A DNA stretch of 61,035 bases, filler included, from Sphacelaria rigidula (lineage: Eukaryota): NCBI GenBank assembly GCA_964200075.2. It is 4 parts of 4 records of this genome, joined end to end, with 100 filler letters (N's around TTAATTAATTAA, not from the genome) between each part and the next. Parts side by side here need not be neighbours in the genome. Positions count along the whole stretch, not along the records: positions 45,856 to 61,035 come from CAXNAA020001875.1; 3 more parts are not named here. One strand, written 5' to 3'. Below the pieces are notes generated by a model, which did not search any database, was not told where the DNA came from, and saw nothing but the letters and a program-made list of their open reading frames with translations. The number at the start of each line of letters is the position of its first letter. Position 1 is the first letter of the stretch. Shown here in pieces: positions 58,590 through 61,035 of the stretch. The position numbers and the translations under genes were made by a program.

Positions 58590-59135
58590 TGGGCACAGGG
58601 CAATCTAGGGACACGAAAAAAAATGAAATGAACTCGGAAAAAACGAGGGATGCGTGAAACAGAAAGGAGAAAATGGAATGCGACAGGAAAGACGAGGAAA
58701 ATAAAACACGAATATTCGGTCCTGATAGAAGTAGCAGAAATAGCAACAACAACAACAACAAAGGAAGGCGAATTTGAACACCAAGATCACGCAGAACATG
58801 TGTGCGAACAAAGCTGGTGACAACGCTAAGGTTGAAAGCCAAGGAAAGAAAACAACAGCCGGGAAGATAAGACAGGGGTACATCAGTTCCCCCCGCCTTT
58901 ACTAATCCCTAGTCGGGTACAATGCGAGCAACTCTCTTGACCATGTCCGTCCTGTAATTCTCGCGCGCTGTTGTTCCTGTGTCAGTGATATCGGCTCTCT
59001 TGTTCGCTATTAAGACAACGGTCTCTTGCTTGTGGGGTCGGTTCGATCGGCGTAGGTCTTCGCATCGCCAAGCCTCCCCAACCTCCTCCACCCCTTCCTC
59101 GACCCCCATGTACCATTTGCCCACGTTCTTATTGC
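58590..59135 (-). mobile_element. LINE fragment (ORF C-terminus + pyrimidine-rich 3' UTR)
   Basis: GKWYMGVEEGVEEVGEAWRCEDLRRSNR resembles GKWHLGVEKGTEEFEDTCRRADKRESDR at the end of the 24229-28366 element. The DNA also matches 18710-18970. Confidence 0.7.
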
Positions 59136-61035
59136 AGCGGCTGTGCCACAGTCTTGTCAGAGCGTTCGAACTCCATGCCGTAGAAAAACCATTCTCTGCA
59201 TCTCGAAGCATGGCACTATCGATGTCTCTTCCAGCTGTCCACCTCCAAATCGTAATATTCGCCATTTTTCGCGTTTTGTCCCTCATCTCGAAAAAGGTGG
59301 AGGGCTCCCCAGTCGATGCTGTCAATTTAGGCTCCACAACGGGTGGCGGGATCCCTCACACAAGAGCGGAAGAGTTTAAGCTGGCGCTGCAAGCACTCGG
59401 GGAAGGATGGTTACTCGGAGACGAGGGCGGTTCCAACCCACGACACGAATCCCGTAGCAATGGCGCTACGGTTAGGGTGGTGGCGGAGCTTCCGTGTCGA
59501 CTGCAGGTGGGTTCAGTACGTGGGGATAGGAGGCAGGTTGCACATAGTACAGTCGGAATCCGTGAAAAGTGAAGATGGGCTTGCACTATACCGCCTTGAA
59601 GTGAGACCGTGCCCTTCTGCTAGACTTTTCGCACTTGATGGTGTTGCCTCCTCGAGGACTCGACCAAGCTACAGGCTTGTTGCCCGGTCCAGGGTCAAGA
59701 CGCCGCTCTCGTCTCAACCCGAGACGAGACACGGTGACAGTGTATGGACTGAAGCAGCGACCGACCGAATATTTCTGCTGTGGGGTATGTGTTGATTTGT
59801 CACAGCTAAGGCATGTACCTCAAAACGATCAAGCGCTCTGCTGTGGTCGTGCGTGCAGACTTCATGTGCAGCAGGTGTACTTACATGAGGGTCATAAGTT
59901 GCACATGGTGCGATAAACAAGTCGTTAAATCGTCTCGCTTGTCGACAATGACATTCTACGACCAGCAAGGTTTTGAGGGGGGAAATACTAACCATGAAAC
60001 GCAGTCTACAACTACCAACCTTTTCGCCAGATTGAGAGTAGCATTTGATTAAGTGAGCTGTCAATCGGAGCGCGTTGCTTATATGTGTTTCACTGATGCA
60101 TTAAAAACTCATATGTCTGAATGTCAAGTGTAACGAAGTCGATTCAACAGATCATCTAGCGTAGCGGTCAAGAGGTTGAGACGTATGACGTCGCCGAACA
60201 CGTCTAGATTTGGAGTCGTTAGCTGTACGAGTATTAATAGGGAACGAGACGTTTTGTTGAATGGACAGTGAAAGAAGGGGAATGGTGATATCAAGCATCG
60301 GAACATTCCTCTTATTAACGTGTTGTTATACATTGAGCAGGTTCCCACTACACGTCGCACGTATTGACAGGCATTCCTAAATGTATTTTTCCCTATCAAC
60401 ACGGTGGATGCGAGTGTAGGGTTTTCACATGCCGCGATTCCTAAGAATCGTATGTTGGTGCCTGCGTGCTTTCGGATTATATATCCCACGACCAACTCTT
60501 CGGAATGTCAACCCCTTGCTTGCCGGGGTTCGCAATCTGGGTCACGCAATCACTCTTCATGTGAAAATGATGACGATTCCAAAAACTGGCACTTTCGGTA
60601 GTGTGTGACCGTTTGTAGAATCGACACGTTTTCACTTCTTTCTCTAGTGAAATGGGCTGAAAAACGCCCTCTCAAAAATCAAATGCTAGACTCTTGATTT
60701 GGAGAAAGGTGGTAACTGCTGAAGTATCATTTCCACCGGTGTACAGTAGTGCACGATACTGGCTATCCTTGCAACTAACACATGCTCCCTTCCAAGCGCC
60801 ACGGCGCAGCGTTGACAGTTTCATATAGATTTAGGCGCAACTGATTGCTATGCTACGAGCTGCTAAAACTTGCTCACGCCACAGCTTCCCCAGTTCCCCG
60901 AATGAACCCAATGTAAGCATATCACTGTGAAGTGTAGACCAACCTGGTGACACACGGCACCACCGCTGAATGAAAAAAAAAAAATGTACTGCATAATGTA
61001 TGACCTTAACGACGGACAAAAAAAGAGAAAATGTC

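Noticed and set aside
57588..60052. Downstream (VASt-domain) exons of the GRAM gene
   Set aside because: Several AG/GT-bounded candidates exist, but none gave a convincing motif in a compatible phase.

Overview
Eukaryotic genomic DNA that is intron-rich and repeat-dense. Long introns, short exons and the repeat types suggest a brown alga or similar stramenopile; this is an inference. The window is not one locus. It is four unrelated ~15.18-kb contigs (1-15189, 15290-30472, 30573-45755, 45856-61035) joined by artificial 100-nt N44-TTAATTAATTAA-N44 linkers. Contig 1 carries the last 10 exons of a nicotinate phosphoribosyltransferase (NAPRT) gene on the minus strand, with two consecutive GC-AG introns that share an identical donor and an intronic tRNA-Gly(CCC). 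Contig 2 is mostly mobile DNA: a near full-length decayed RTE-like LINE whose 5' end has HDV-like ribozyme topology, a second LINE fragment, a gag-like remnant and several MITEs. Contig 3 has three exons of a C3HC4 RING (LONRF-like) gene, with the RING split by a 12.1-kb repeat-filled intron. Contig 4 has a decayed, spliced Mutator (MULE) transposase gene, a nested cluster of piggyBac-type TTAA MITEs and two exons of a GRAM-domain gene. Most ORFs in the supplied six-frame track are spurious. All calls were made by eye, with no database searches.
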